Source of the DNA: Malacoraja senta
Lineage: Eukaryota
Assembly: GCA_038087875.1 (NCBI GenBank)
Contig: CM075997.1
Location: 7,504,001-7,568,000 of the forward strand
Length of the DNA stretch: 64,000 bases
Reading direction: 5' to 3'
The notes beneath the pieces were generated by a model that did not search any database, had not been told where the DNA came from, and saw nothing but the letters and a program-made list of their open reading frames with translations. How positions within the stretch are numbered: the first letter of the stretch is position 1; each line of letters opens with the position of its first letter. Below, in pieces: positions 36,150 through 50,409 of this stretch. Both the position numbers and the translations under genes were made by a program.

Positions 36150-37436
36150 ACTGTCGACCCCACTGTGCTGGGGTGGGCTCAGGAACAACGATGAGGCGGA
36201 CTTCAGGAAAGAGACAGTGAACTTACTGACATTATGTCAGAACAATAACCTCTCCCTCAATGTCATCAAGACGAAGGGGATAGTTATTAAATTCTGCAGG
36301 CAAGGCGGAGTACATGCATAAATCAAGATCAATGGTGCGGAAGTGGAAATAGTTCAGCTTCTTGTTGCTTGTGAATATTTCCACCAATGTGACCTGGATC
36401 AATCGCACAGATCAGACAAACAAGAAGGCTCACTCCTTTTCCCGAGGAGACTCGCGCATCTTCCAGAAACCTCTACAGATGCACCATAGAAAGCATACGG
36501 TGTGGATGCATCGCAGCTAGGTTTGAGAATAGTTAGACAATCGACAATAGACAATAGGTACATGAGTAAACCATTCGGCCCTTCGGCCCTTCCAGCCAGC
36601 ACCGCCATTCAATGTGATCACGGTTGATCACGCCTTCTCCCCATATCCTCTGTCTCCGCTATCTTTAAGAGCCCTATCTAGCTATCTCTTCACAGTATCC
36701 TGAGAACCAGCCGCAACCGCCCTCTGAAAGTTCAACAGACTCACAACTCTCTGTTTGAAAATGTGTTTCCTCATCTCCGTTCTAAATGCCTTACCCCTTA
36801 TTCTTAAACTGTGGCCCCTGGTTCTCGACTTCCCCAAGTTCTGCCGAAGACGGCGAGAAAACGCAGAGATGTTTTCGATGGAGCACAGTCTATCACACAG
36901 ACCAGACTTCCCACATTGATTCCATCTGCACCACGCTGCCTGAGAAAAGCAGGCGATATAATCAAAGATTTGTCCCACCACAGTCACTCCTTCTCCCCCA
37001 TGCTCCCATCCGGTAGAAGGCCAAAACCCTGAAAGCGTGTACCATCACACTTAGGAATAGCTTCTTACCTTCCAATATCAGGTTTGTGAACGATCCTTTC
37101 TAACCTAGGGCACAGTTCCATTTACCTATAGCCCATTGCAGGTATTGAACTTTGTCTATGGAACACATGCACAACCATCAAATTCCTTGTACGTTTTGCC
37201 ATACTTGGCTAATGAATTAATTACAATTACAATTACATTACAATCACAATTAACAATAAATGCACAGGTTCACTGAATTCTACAGTCAGTATCTTCCCCA
37301 ATAGTTTATGGTACTTAGGTTTCAACTAATAGTATATCTGCATGGCATATCTGATCTGTTTGTATGCCATGTAAAAGTAAGTATTACATTGTACCTCCTT
37401 ATATGAGCAAATCGTAAATCTAAAATAAAACCTAAA
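36150..37436 (+). mobile_element. old Rex/Babar-like LINE fragment interrupted by a CR1 tail (36535-36840, minus)
   Basis: NNLSLNVIKTK..., RCLRKAGDIIKDLSH..PSGRR and a 3' UTR with an AAACCT-like tail. Confidence 0.6.
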
Positions 37437-39300
37437 AGTTAATTCACCTTGCTACTTAGATGTTTACGACTCCATAAAACAATTCACATGGCTAATAGAA
37501 GGATGGCATCATTGATCGATCAACCTGTGCCCCTCGACACAGTTTAAATGAGAAACATTACACGTGGTTATATAAAGCTTGTGTGTATTTACAGAACTTA
37601 AATTCTCCAACTGAAAGAGATGCAGTTCCAAGGAAAACGGTAGACGCGACATATGCGATATGGCTTGACCACAGCTTGTTCATTTTTCCAAATACACGGA
37701 CATGCCAGTGTTGGTGAAAAGACAGAAAAAATATTCAGTTGATGTTCTGCATCATGAACTATATTCTGCATCCTTAGCTCGATCTATTGTACTTGAGTTT
37801 GTGGTCGATTTGAACTAAGTGGACAACATGCAAAACAAAGCTTTCCACTGCACCTTAGTCCGTGTGGCAATAATAGCCCTACCCTCGCCTAATAATTTGG
37901 GATAAGTATCTACTATGCTCACAGTGGGAATGTTCGTACTATGATGGAGACTAAGATTGACACGTGACCCAGACGTTCTTGATATGTTAGAAAAGGCGAT
38001 GAATCATTTTTAAGCACAAAGGAATGCAGACAAATGTGCTGAGAAGGCGATGAATGAAGATTAACAGTCAGGATGCCGAGACTGTATTCTGGACAGAACG
38101 CAAGCAAAGGCAGAGATTTCTAGATGCAGTCCAGTGCATCATATAGCCCAGACGTCTCGCGACTGACTCCGCCTATACTTCACACCGCCTCGGAAAAGCT
38201 GCCAATGTAATGAAACCTGTTTCACCCCGACAATTTCTTCGGCTCTCTGTCCTATTCGGCAGAAAGTACACGCGTGAAAGCGCCCACCATCAGTAGATTC
38301 TTCTCGTCCGTTATCTGGCTTAGAAATGGTCCTTCCGTAACCTATGGCGCTGTTTATTTCCCATTTTCCCATTGAGGACATTGGACTTTGTATCTAGAGA
38401 TGATGCGCTACATTGCTGAAACTATATTCTGTACGATGTATATTCTCTTTTGCTCCATCTCTGATACTTAGCTTCGAAGTGATTGTACCTACGCATGGAA
38501 TATTTGGTCCGCTTGGATAACATGCAAAACCCATCTTATTTACACTGTACATGTAACAATAATAATAATAATCCTAAACCTATACCTGAAACCTAATGTA
38601 AATTGTTTACAACTCCGCCAAGCCTCGGTATGTCTCAAAGGCTATAGAAGTATTGCATCGTCGATCGTTCTAGCTGTGCACTTCGACGCAGTTAAATAAG
38701 AATTTCTTCACCCGCTTTAATGAATCTTTTGTATTTTCAGAAACCCGGAATTCTCCAACAGTGAATGTCGGTTTCTTAGGGCAAAGGTAGAACGGAATTA
38801 TGCAACGCGGCATGCGCACATGTTCTGCATTCTTACAACCCTGGAGGTTTTGATGAGAATAAAGGACGAAATTCAGCATGATATTCTATATTATGAACTA
38901 TAGTCTGCGATCTGTATTTTCCTCTTTGCTCTATCTATTGCACAAGTTTGAACTGTTTGCATCGACATATATATCAGAAAAGTTTGTATAGCATGAAAAA
39001 TAAATATCTCCACTGTACTCCTGTACCCAGTACTCATGACAGTAATAAAACTTACCTAAGCTCACCAAACCTAATCATCTGAGGTGAGTAACAACCATGA
39101 CCAGAGCGATGATGTTCGTACTATGACGGAGACGAATATTGGAGACGATGAACAAGAGAATGTGATGAATGGTTGTTAACAGCAAATGAACTGCTGGACA
39201 AGTGTAAAGAGAAGCGATGTGTGGGGATAGGATGAACAACACAGTAAAGTTGCTGATAATGTATAGCAGACCGTAATAATTTGCTGATAATGTATCGCAG
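37100..39300. repeat. diverged tandem duplication, period about 1.15-1.2 kb
   Basis: 37460-37650 aligns with 38605-38790, and 37928-37965 aligns with 39112-39150. LINE 3' tails recur in register. Confidence 0.6.
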
Positions 39301-39354
39301 ACCGTAATAATTGTTGTGCTTCTGAGACAGAAGAGGAACACAAGATATACTCAG

Positions 39355-40325
39355 AGGAGTCAGAGAGTCATACAGCGCGCAAACACGCTTACCCACCCAA
39401 CCTACCCCTGCTGAAGAACATGCGTCATCGACGCTAGGCCCACCTACAAGGTTAGGACTATGTCCTGAATCTGACCTATCTATGTACATCTCTAAATGTT
39501 TCTTAAACATTGTTATAGCACCTGCCTCATCCAGCAGCACAATCAACACACCTGCCATGCTTTGTTTAAATAATTTGCTGCTCAGGTTCCTATTCAATCT
39601 CTCATCCCTCACCTGGAAATATGACGTCTGGTTCTCGAATCCCTGACTCTGGTTAAACGTCAGTACATGTATTCTACCTATTCCTCTGATGATCTTGTAT
39701 ACCTCTATAATATTACCCCACATCCTCCAGAGCTCCAATGAATAAAGTCCAAGCCTCCTCAACAGCTCAGGCACTCCAGATCTTTCGGCATCCCAGTAAA
39801 CCTCTTCTGTACCCTTCCCAGGTTAACACCATCTTTCCTCCAACAGGATGACCTAAACTGAACAAAATACTTTGTGAGGCCTCACCAATGGCTTATAGAA
39901 CCGTACTATGACCTCCCATCATCTATATTCAACACTCTGATTGCTGATGGCCAATGTGCCAAAAGCCTTGATCATACTTTCTCCATGTGACGCCACATTC
40001 AAGGAACTAGTTACCTGCACTGTTGGATTCCACTCCACTCCAACACTCACCAGAGCCCTGAAATTCACTCTACACGTCATGCGCTGCTGTAACTTCCGAA
40101 AATGCAAAGCTTCATTATTCTCTCCATTCAATGCCATCATCAATTCCTCAACTCACCTGCTCATCTAATCAAGGACCTGATTTTATTCTGAACAACTACA
40201 TCGCTATCTACCATATCACAACCTTGGTGACATCTGCAACTTCCAAATTATATTTTAAACGTTCTCATCCAAATCATTGATAGAGGTGACAAACAGCAAT
40301 GGGCCCAGCAACTAAACCTGAAGCG
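39355..40325 (-). mobile_element. old CR1 LINE fragment
   Basis: LRRLGLYSLELWRMWGNIIEVYKIIRG and a CR1 3' UTR. Confidence 0.75.
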
Positions 40326-41009
40326 TGTAAGACTCATAGAAACATAGAAATTAGGTGTAGGAGTTGGCCATTTGGCCCTTCGATCCAGCACCGCTATTCA
40401 AAATGATCATGACTGATCATCCAAAATCTGTATCCCGTTCCTGCTTCCCCCCCATATCTTTTGATTCCGTTAGCCTTAAGGTCTTTCTCACTGGAGACAT
40501 GTCGAAATTCCTCAGGTTCTTGTTGGTATGCTTTATTGGCTGTAGCTTCAATATTATCGGTCCATGACAAGTCATTGGTAATATTAATGTCAAGCAATTT
40601 CAAGTTGTCAACCATTTCCACTTTGGCCCCATTGATGCAGATTGAGGCAGGGTACTCTATCAGGATTCCTGAACACAATAACTAGCTTCTTCGTGTTACT
40701 GGTATTGAGTGAGAGAGTGATCGCCTGACACTCACCGTGTTGCTAAGGTCCCCCTCTTCCTCTTGTGTTCCGGCTAGTCCTTGTTCATGATCCGCGCACC
40801 ACAGAGTTGTCACCTGCAGACTTGTAGATGTGGTTAAAGCCGAATTTAGGCGCACAGTCCTGAGTGTATCGTGGGGACAGTAGGGGACTGCATCCAAGCC
40901 CGTTGTTTTCCACAGATTCACTCTCAGGACGGCCGATCTTACGCCTGTCACAGTAACCGTTGCTACAGGTACACCCGAGACTGAAGGAGCGGGAGACTAC
41001 TACTACTCG

Positions 41010-44000
41010 GCAGTGCATATCAACAATTTAATTCACTGGTTGGACAACTCAGCACAACAGGCAGAATGCATAGTAATGGAGAGAGAGGATTGTTCTCCTT
41101 TTAACATAGGAGAGATCCTTCTTTCCCCAATAAAATTGAATAATACAATATACAAGAGAAATCCGATTATCCATAGCACAATACGAATCTGGAGACAAAT
41201 AAAATGTATTCTCAAATTAAGAAATCTATCGCTTCTCTCGCCTATAGCTAATAATCCGTCGTTTAAATCATATATTATCGACAAAACGTTTACTCACTGG
41301 GAAGGAATAGTAATTAAAACGTTTGGATATATGTATGAAATGGGAAAACTTTTAACATTGCAAGAATTACAAATTAAATACAATTTGAAACGTAATCAAT
41401 ATTTTAGATACCTGCAAATTCGAGATTACTTGAAAAAACATACACAAGAATACCAAACTTTGATGTCAGATCTACGAGATGAAGGCATGCACAGAAAGGA
41501 GGAATTAAATCATTTAATATCATACCCGCATAATATTATTCTAAATATAGAGATACCTTCGTCAGACGTAATAAGTCAAGTCGTGAGTTTATTGCCATGT
41601 GTCCCTGATAGGACAATGAAATTCTTGCTTTGCTTCAGCACACAGAACATAGTAGGCATTTACTACAAAACAGATCAGTGTGTCCATATACCATAATATA
41701 AATATATACACACATGAATAAATAAACTGAAAAAGTGCAGATAACAGATAATGGGTTATTAATAATAAGAGTTTTGCCCGAGCCAGGTTTAGTAGCCTGA
41801 TGGCTGTGGGGAAGTAGCTATTCCCGAACCCGGTTGTTGCCATCTTCAGGCTCCTGCACATACTACCTGAAGGTATCAGGGAGATGAGTGTGTGGCCAGG
41901 ATGGTGTGGGTCTTTGATGATACTGCCAGCCTTTTTGAGGCAGCGACAGCGATAAATCCCCTCGATGGAAGGAAGGTCAGAGCCGATGATGGACTGGGCA
42001 GTGTTTACTATTTTTGTCGTCTTTTCCTCTCCAGGGCGCTGAAGTTTCCGAACCAAGCCACGATGCAACCGGTCAGCATGCTCTCTACTGTGCACCTGTA
42101 AAAGTTAGAGAGAGTACTCCTTTACAAACCGACTCTCCGTAATATTCTCAGGAAGTAGAGGCGCTGATGAGCTTTCTTGATAATTGCATTAGTGTTCTCG
42201 GACCAGGAAAGATCTTCAGAGATGTGCAGCCCCAGGAATTTGAAGCTCTTGACCCTTTGAACCATCGACCCGTTGATATAAATGGGACTGTGGGTCCCCA
42301 TCCTACTCCTTCCAAAGTCCACAATCAGTTGCTTGGTTTTGCTGGTGTTGAGGGCCAGGTTATTGTGCTGGCACCATATGGACAGTTGCTCGATCTCTCT
42401 TCTATACTCTGACTCATCCCCATCATTGATACGTCCCACCACAGTGGTGTCGTCAGCGAACTTGATGATGGAGTTCGCACTGTGACCGGCTACGCAGTCA
42501 TGAGTATAGAGTGAGTACAGCAGGGGGCTGAGCACGCAGCCTTGAGGTGCTCCCGTGCTGATTGTTATCGAGGCTGACACATTTCCACCAGTACGAACAG
42601 ACTGTGGTCTGTGAATGAGGAAGTCGAGGATCCAATTGCAGAGGGATGCGCAGAGACCCAGTACTGCGAGTTTTGTAACCAGCTTGGAGGGGATGATTGT
42701 GTTAAATGCCGAGCTGTAATCGATGAATAACAGCCTGACATATGAGTTTTTGTTATCCAAGTGGTCCAGAGCGGAGTGGAGGGCCAGCGAGATCGCATCC
42801 ACCGTTGATCTGTTGTGGCGGTACGCGAACTGCAGTGGGTCCAGGTTTTTGTCGAGGTAGGAGTTGATTTGCTCCATGATCAACCTCTCCAAGCACTTCA
42901 TCTCCACGGGCGGTAGTGTCACAGGTCGATAGTCATTGAGGCACGTCACCTGTCTCTTCTTGGCCACTGGTATAATTGATGCCCATTTAAAGCAGGTGGG
43001 GACCTCAGACCTCAGAAGTGAGTGGTTGAAAATGTCCGTAAATACTCCAGCCAGTAGGTCCGCACATGTTTTTAGAACACGACCGGTTATACCATCAGGT
43101 CTAGGCGCTTTTCGAGGGTTCACCCCTCTGAAGGATCATCTGACGTCGGCCTCTGTGACTGAGACTGAAATACCATCACAGCGAATGGGGGCTCGGGAAG
43201 GCACATCAGTGTTCTCCCTATCAAAGCGTGCGTACAACGCATTGAGCTCGTCAGGGAATGATGTTTCGCCGACATTCGAGCTGCCTCCTGGTTTCGCCTT
43301 GTTGGAGGTAATTGCATTCAGAAGAGAGTGGGAACAAGAACTATCTATAAACATTTATAAAGACAGATGGGATAAATATTTGCTATATGTACATAAATGC
43401 TCGATTAATTTAAGACACATTCTAATCCAATTTAAAATTTCACATAGACTATATTACTCGAAAACCAAACTGAATAACATGTTTCCAAATGTTTCCCCCA
43501 TCTGTGATAAATGTCTATCTCAAGAAGCAACCATAGCACATTCCTTCGTCTCCTGTATAACATTTCATAAATTTTGGAAATAAATCTTTGAAATCTTCTC
43601 AAAACTATTTAAAATAAAACTGGACCCTAACACAGAATTGATTATTTTCAGAACAATGGAAGCCTGCTCTGAGCTAACCATTTCAAAATTGTTTCCTTAA
43701 CAATGGCTTGATAATGGCAGAAAAAATTATACTCAATTTTTTTTTAAATGCACCCACCGCAAAGCTTAAAATGTGGATCACAAACATATCTGAAATGTTA
43801 CATCTCGAAGATATGAGATTCGTTCTAGCAGGACAATCGGAACAATTCATATAGATATGGTCTCCTTTCATCGATTTATTACAAGTATAATATGGTGCAA
43901 CATAACTCTGGAAATTAAACGTTTCAGAACTGGGTGATGGGTGTGGAAAGAAATGAAGTAGGTATATTCCTTTTCTTTTCTGTTTTTTTTTCTCTTCCTC

Positions 44001-44285
44001 CTTTTTCTTTTAAGTTTCTTTTTTTTTGCTCTTCCTCTTTGGTCTTCTTTTTTTCTACATCTCTATGGGCTTTTTCTCTCTACCTATCCACAAACTACTA
44101 ATTGTTAAATGTTGGTGCCTACACATCACTACTTTCCTTAATCTCTTCTTTTTTCGTCTTTTCTTGCGTCTATTATTTTACAATTGTTAAATTTAAAACA
44201 AGAAGTTGTACACGAAATGTATTATGTTATATGCCACGGTTTATACGATTGTACATTGCTTCCAATTAAATTATTTTAAAAAAGA
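41010..44285 (+). mobile_element. L1 3' fragment (41010-41576 and 43320-44285) split by a Rex/Babar insertion
   Basis: ORF2 C-terminus ..IEIPSSDVI|RREWEQEL.. continues across the insertion; CDKC zinc knuckle and T-rich 3' UTR. Confidence 0.88.
41577..43319 (-). mobile_element. Rex1/Babar LINE, 5'-truncated, with RT
   Basis: 333-aa ORF with [48 protein letters not shown]-terminus IIKDPHHPGH. Confidence 0.92.
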
Positions 44286-44954
44286 AGATGTTGCAGCCTC
44301 TTATGTCCCGCTGGAATCTGATCCTCGCCCTGAGCTCATCCAACTTATTCTCCAGCGGCTGGACGTCAGCCAGAAGAATGCTGGACAGAGGTGGACGGAA
44401 GGCTTGGGCTCTCAGCCTATTCCGAATCTCCCCCCCCCCCACCCCCTCTATGTGACTCTATGCCATTGATCATTAACCAACTGCTTATCAACACACCCCC
44501 TTAACCTGCATCCACCCATGACTCATCACACTTTGTCCTGCCCCTCACTCAAACTTTCTCACACCTCCCAATAAAATCAGTTTGCAGAAGGGTCCCAAAC
44601 CAAAACACCAAATATCCATGTTCCCCAGAGATGCTGTCTGACCGGCGGTGTGACTCCAGCATTGTTTTTGTCTTTTTTTATTGAACCAGCATCTGAAGTT
44701 CTAGTATCTCCTGGTTACTGTTATAGTTTGATGGGCCGTCGCTCTATATGTTTGCATCAGACAGATTCTCTGTTCATATTTTCATAATACATTGCTCATA
44801 AATTTAATTCCAATAAAGACAGATATCTCTAATGAGGGTGTATTTTACAATTACTGCACATTGACCCCGGTTCGATCCGCTCTTCAGGTGGAGTTTGCAT
44901 GTTCTTTCCTTTACTGCGTAGGTTTCGTCCGGGTGCTCCGGTTTCCCGCTAGAC

Positions 44955-46150
44955 AGAGGGGGGTGGGTAGGTGGAATGAGCTGCCGTAGGAGGTAGTTGA
45001 GGTAAGTACCATAACAACAGTTTAAGTACATTTAGACAAGTATATGGACAGGAGGGTGTTAGAGGAGTATGGGCCAAACACGGGCAGGTCGGTCTAGTGT
45101 ACATGGGTCTTCTTGGTCAGAATGGGCAAGTTGGGCCGAAGGGTCTATTTCCGTGCTGTATGACTATGCATAGTTCCCTACAAGTGGTCAGTCAGGTGCA
45201 GATGACTCTTGCCTTCATGGGCAAGCGGACACAAGCCACAGGAAGGATGCCACTGAGTTTGAAAGGGTTCAATTGAGATTCACCAGGAATGTTACCAGAG
45301 TCCATAGAACATTAGAACAATGGCAGACTTGATACGGGGAGGTTGGATAATCTGGGTTATTTTCCTCTGGAGAGTAGGAGGATGAGGTGTGACCTTATTG
45401 AGGTGTACAAGTTCACGAGGAATCTGATTAAACTAGCATTCACAAATAAGGTATGTGCCTTAATAACTAGCGTACAATGGCTCTAACGTCCACCATCATG
45501 AAGGGCTTTGAGAGACTGGTGTTGGCGCATATTAACTCCAGTATCCCAGCCAGCCTTGATTCATTACAGTTTGCATATCAACGCAGCCGGTCCCCAGCAG
45601 GGATCATATCCCGGCCCTAAACCCATCTCTGGAACACATGGACAACAAGGTACCATAGAAACATAGAACATAGGCGCAGGTGTAGGGCATTCGGCCCTTC
45701 GAACCAGCACCGCTATTCAAAATGATCATGGTTGATCATCAGATACCAGTACCCAGTTCCTGCTTTCACCCCATATCTCTTGATTTTATTGGGCCAAAGA
45801 GCTATTCTAACTCTTTCTTGAAAACACACAGTGAATTCTGCCTTCTCTGGCAGAGAATTCCACAGATTCACAGCTCTCTGGGTGAAAAGGTTTCCATCAT
45901 CTCAGTCTTAAATGGCCTATCACCTATTCTTAATCTGTGACCCCACTGCTTCTGGAGTCCCCCAACATCGGGAACATTTTGCCTGCATCCTGCCTGTCAA
46001 AAAGTGTATATGTTTATATAAGATCCCCTCTCATCTTTCTAAATTCTAGTGAATATAAGCTCAGTCGATCCATTCTCTCATCATATGTCAGTCCAGCCAT
46101 CCCGGGAATTATTCAGGTGATCATACGCTGCACTTCCTCAATGACAAGAA
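44955..46150. mobile_element. cluster of CR1 fragments (plus 44955-45430; minus 45655-46150) and a Rex RT fragment (45470-45650)
   Basis: CR1 3' UTR motifs; IMKGFERLVL..LDSLQFAY (Rex). Confidence 0.65.
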
Positions 46151-46178
46151 TTGTTACATTAGGAATTGTCCTCTGTTA

Positions 46179-47194
<1,016 letters not shown>

Positions 47195-47835
47195 TAAGAC
47201 TCCCATCTATCCGTTGCAGCTCTTCCTTAAATACCATAATCTCATCCAAACTCATCTCCAAGCTCCTGGACCTAGGAATAAGATCCATCCTCTGCCAGTG
47301 GATCTGCAACTTTCTGACTCTTTCAATTAGTGAAGATAGGCGACAGCATCTTTTCCGCAATAATCATCAACACTGGTGCCCCACAAGGATGCGTTCCCCG
47401 TCCTCTAATATACTCTGTACACACATGATTGCAAAGACACATCTATATCACTAAAAGTCTGATCTTGACCGCTTTTGGCTCACTGTGCTGTGAGTTCCGA
47501 GAGAACGCCGCCATCTACGGCCGTCATTTTTGTCCACCTCGCTCAGAGCCCCCCATCCGCCTTCCTGGACCAGAGGATTTTTCCCGTCGATGAAAAAGCA
47601 GAGAAATATTAATGTTTTTAAAACATTTGTCATTCTCTCTGCTGCCCCTGCTGGTGTGAGGGGGGAGGAACTATAAAACCCGGAAGTGGTGTGCCTCACT
47701 CAGTCTCTGCAAGATGGAGGAAGCCAGATGGTCACGTGTCTCTAAGCTCTGAATAACACTGAACACATGTCTACTCAACTGTGAGTGCCCTTAATGTGGT
47801 TTGAAAATGAAAATATGGTTGGTTTAAAGTAAACA

Positions 47836-48292
47836 AGCACTGCATGCAAATGGTTGTTTGGGGGGTTTGGGTTGAAGGAAAAAAGGCACTGCATGCAAAT
47901 GGTTGTTTGGGGGGTTTGGGTTGATGTAAAAAGGCACTGCATGCAAATGGTTGTTTGTGGGGTTTGGGTTGAAGTAAAAAGGCACTGCATGCGAATGGTT
48001 GTTTGGGGGGTTTGGGTTGAAGTGAAAAGGCTCTGCATGCAAATGTTTGTTTTGGGGGTTTGTGTTGAAGTGAAAAGGCATTGCATGCAATTGGTTGTTT
48101 GGGGGTTTTGGGTTGAAGTGAAAAGGCATTGCATGCAATTGGTTGTTTGGGGGGGTTGGGTTGAAGTGAAAAGGCACTGCATGCAAATGGTTGTTTGGGG
48201 AGTTTGTGTTGAAGTGAAAAGGCACTGCATGCAAATTGTTGTTTGGGGGGTTTGGGTTGAAGTGAAAAGGCACTGCATGCAAATGGTTGTTT
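47836..48292. repeat. 48-bp minisatellite A, about 10 copies
   Basis: Unit AAAAGGCACTGCATGCAAATGGTTGTTTGGGGGGTTTGGGTTGAAGTG; it produces the 16-aa periodic ORFs in the track. Confidence 0.93.
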
Positions 48293-48682
48293 GTCTAAAC
48301 TTGACAACTTCCTGTTTGCACTATATTGAATTTAAATAAAACGCTACCACTGACGGCTGTGATTGTTGGCCATCCTACTCAATCCCCCTCTGCTCATCAG
48401 GTGAAGAAGATTATTCCCATCAATGAAAAACCAAAGTGTTATTAGTGTTTAAAAAATGTTGGGAATATCTCTCCTGTCAATCACGCCGTGAAGGCCACAC
48501 CTTGTCCGGTGGGAGGGGGAGGGATTATAAAACCCGGAAGTGTGGGTGTGGCTCAGTCTCTGCATGATGGAGGAGGGAGTGGTCACGACTCTGTCTGAGC
48601 TGTGTATCAACTGAACACACTGAATATCTACTGAACTGTGAGTGTGGTGTTTTATGGTTTTATGGTGGTTTATATGGTGGTT

Positions 48683-49030
48683 TTACCCTGCTTGAGATAG
48701 TGTGAAACTGCATTTGAATGTGGTGGCCATGCATGAAATGGTATGAAACTGCATTTCAATGTGGTGGCGTTGCACCCTGCATGAAATGGTATGAAACTGC
48801 ATTTGAATTTGGTGGCCTTGCACCCTCCTTGAAATGGTATGAAACTGAATCTGAATTTGGTGGCCTTGCACCCTGCTTGAAGTGGTATGAAACTGCACTT
48901 GAATTTTGTGGCCTTGCACCCTGCTCGAAGAGGTAAGAAACTACACGAAGTTGGTGGCCTTGCACCCTGCTTGAAATGGTAGGAAAATGGATTTCAATTC
49001 GGTGGCCTTGCACTCTGCTTGAAATGGAAT
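48683..49030. repeat. 48-bp minisatellite B, about 7 copies
   Basis: Unit GCACCCTGCTTGAAATGGTATGAAACTGCATTTGAATTTGGTGGCCTT. Confidence 0.9.
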
Positions 49031-49983
49031 TTCAAGGAATAGCCCTGAGTCAACTGCCAGCCCACCATTCTTGTACCCCATTCTCCTGCCTTCTCCCCAA
49101 AACATCGGGCACGTGTACAAATCAATATTCTCGCTATCTCTACCTTAATAATGTCCACTGCCTTGGGCTCCACACCCTTCAGTGGGAAATAATTCCACAA
49201 TTTCACCACCCTCTGACAAAATATATTTCTCCTCACCTCCATCCAAAAAGAATGTCATTTTATTCTGAGGCTATGACCTCTTGTCCTAGACTCCCGCATT
49301 AGTGGAAACATCCTCTCCACAACCACTCTATCCAGGCCTTTCAATATTCTCTATGTTTCAATGAGGTCCCCCCTCATTCTTCTAAACTCCAGTGAGTACA
49401 GGCCCAGTGCCATCACAGCCGTGGAAGTCAAACCCTTCAATAAGACTCGTGGACGAATTGATTAACCAAACTCAACAGTGAGTTTATTTTACTGGCACTA
49501 GGAGAGAAGTGTCACAGTCAAGGGCTGTGATCCCAACTCTAAAATTCAGTTTGTACAGCAGAGCATTTCCCACCAAAAAGATAATTATTAAGGAAGTACA
49601 AGGGTGAGGTAGATTGATATGTAAATTACAGAATCTATATTATAACACCTAGGTTGGGACTTCTTAACTCCATAATTAACCCGGTAAAGAGGGCAAGGAT
49701 AATTAATATGTTAATAATTCGGACACTAGATCGCAACCTGGCACAACAGGATACACGGATAAAGAAGGGACCTGTTCTCAATAGTGGTTTCCGGCTGGTG
49801 GTTTCTGAATGCTGCAATGAGTTCAGGTAAGAACAATGAGTATGTTAACTGATGGTATTAGCTGGCATCTTTGTAGTTTGGCGCGAAACGCGAGGGAACG
49901 ATGTGTTAATGGTATGTGCGCCAGGGCCGGAGCTCAGTGGAGATAGCGATGGGCATTGGAACTCGCTGCAAAACCCAAGAGAC

Positions 49984-49997
49984 CCAGCAGAGGGCGC
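49984..49997 (+). promoter_or_regulatory. consensus CTCF motif in non-repetitive sequence
   Basis: CCAGCAGAGGGCGC matches the CTCF core CCASYAGRKGGCRS. Confidence 0.55.
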
Positions 49998-50409
49998 AGC
50001 AGTGTTGGAAATGGTCTTGTGACATGGAACACACTCGCTGGTGACTTTATTCAATGTATTTAATAAATAAAGCATCTTCAACAGTCTTGGAACTTGCACA
50101 CATCCCTCAGACATCATCATTGCCTTTCTACAAGAATGATGTTAAGGGTCATGACACTAATTGTATGTTTTGCACTTACATTTGACCTCCTAAAGTGCAA
50201 CGTCACACACTAACGCAGAATAAACTCCACCTGCTATTTCTCCTTCACGCCCACATTTCGAAACCTGATATATACGCCACTGTGTAATGAGACAGCCTCC
50301 CTCGCATTGCACAACCCCAGTAAACAAGTACTTCAGTTCTCTCTTCACTTAGGAGGACACTAACAATCACTCAGAAAAAAACTCGGTGATCAAGGATCCA
50401 GCGGGAGGG

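Larger units (their letters stand above)
47442..49066 (+). mobile_element. putative non-autonomous Helitron with two internal 48-bp minisatellites
   Basis: A|TCTATATCACTAAAA 5' start, no TIR or TSD, internal tandem arrays. The 3' end is not seen because a CR1 fragment follows at 49066-49413. Confidence 0.5.

Noticed and set aside
47771..48339. 150-180-aa periodic ORFs on both strands
   Set aside because: By-product of a 48-bp minisatellite that is open in several frames; no coding evidence.
49654..49690. LGLLNSIINP resembling GPCR TM7
   Set aside because: No following xxY and no other transmembrane segments; probably chance.
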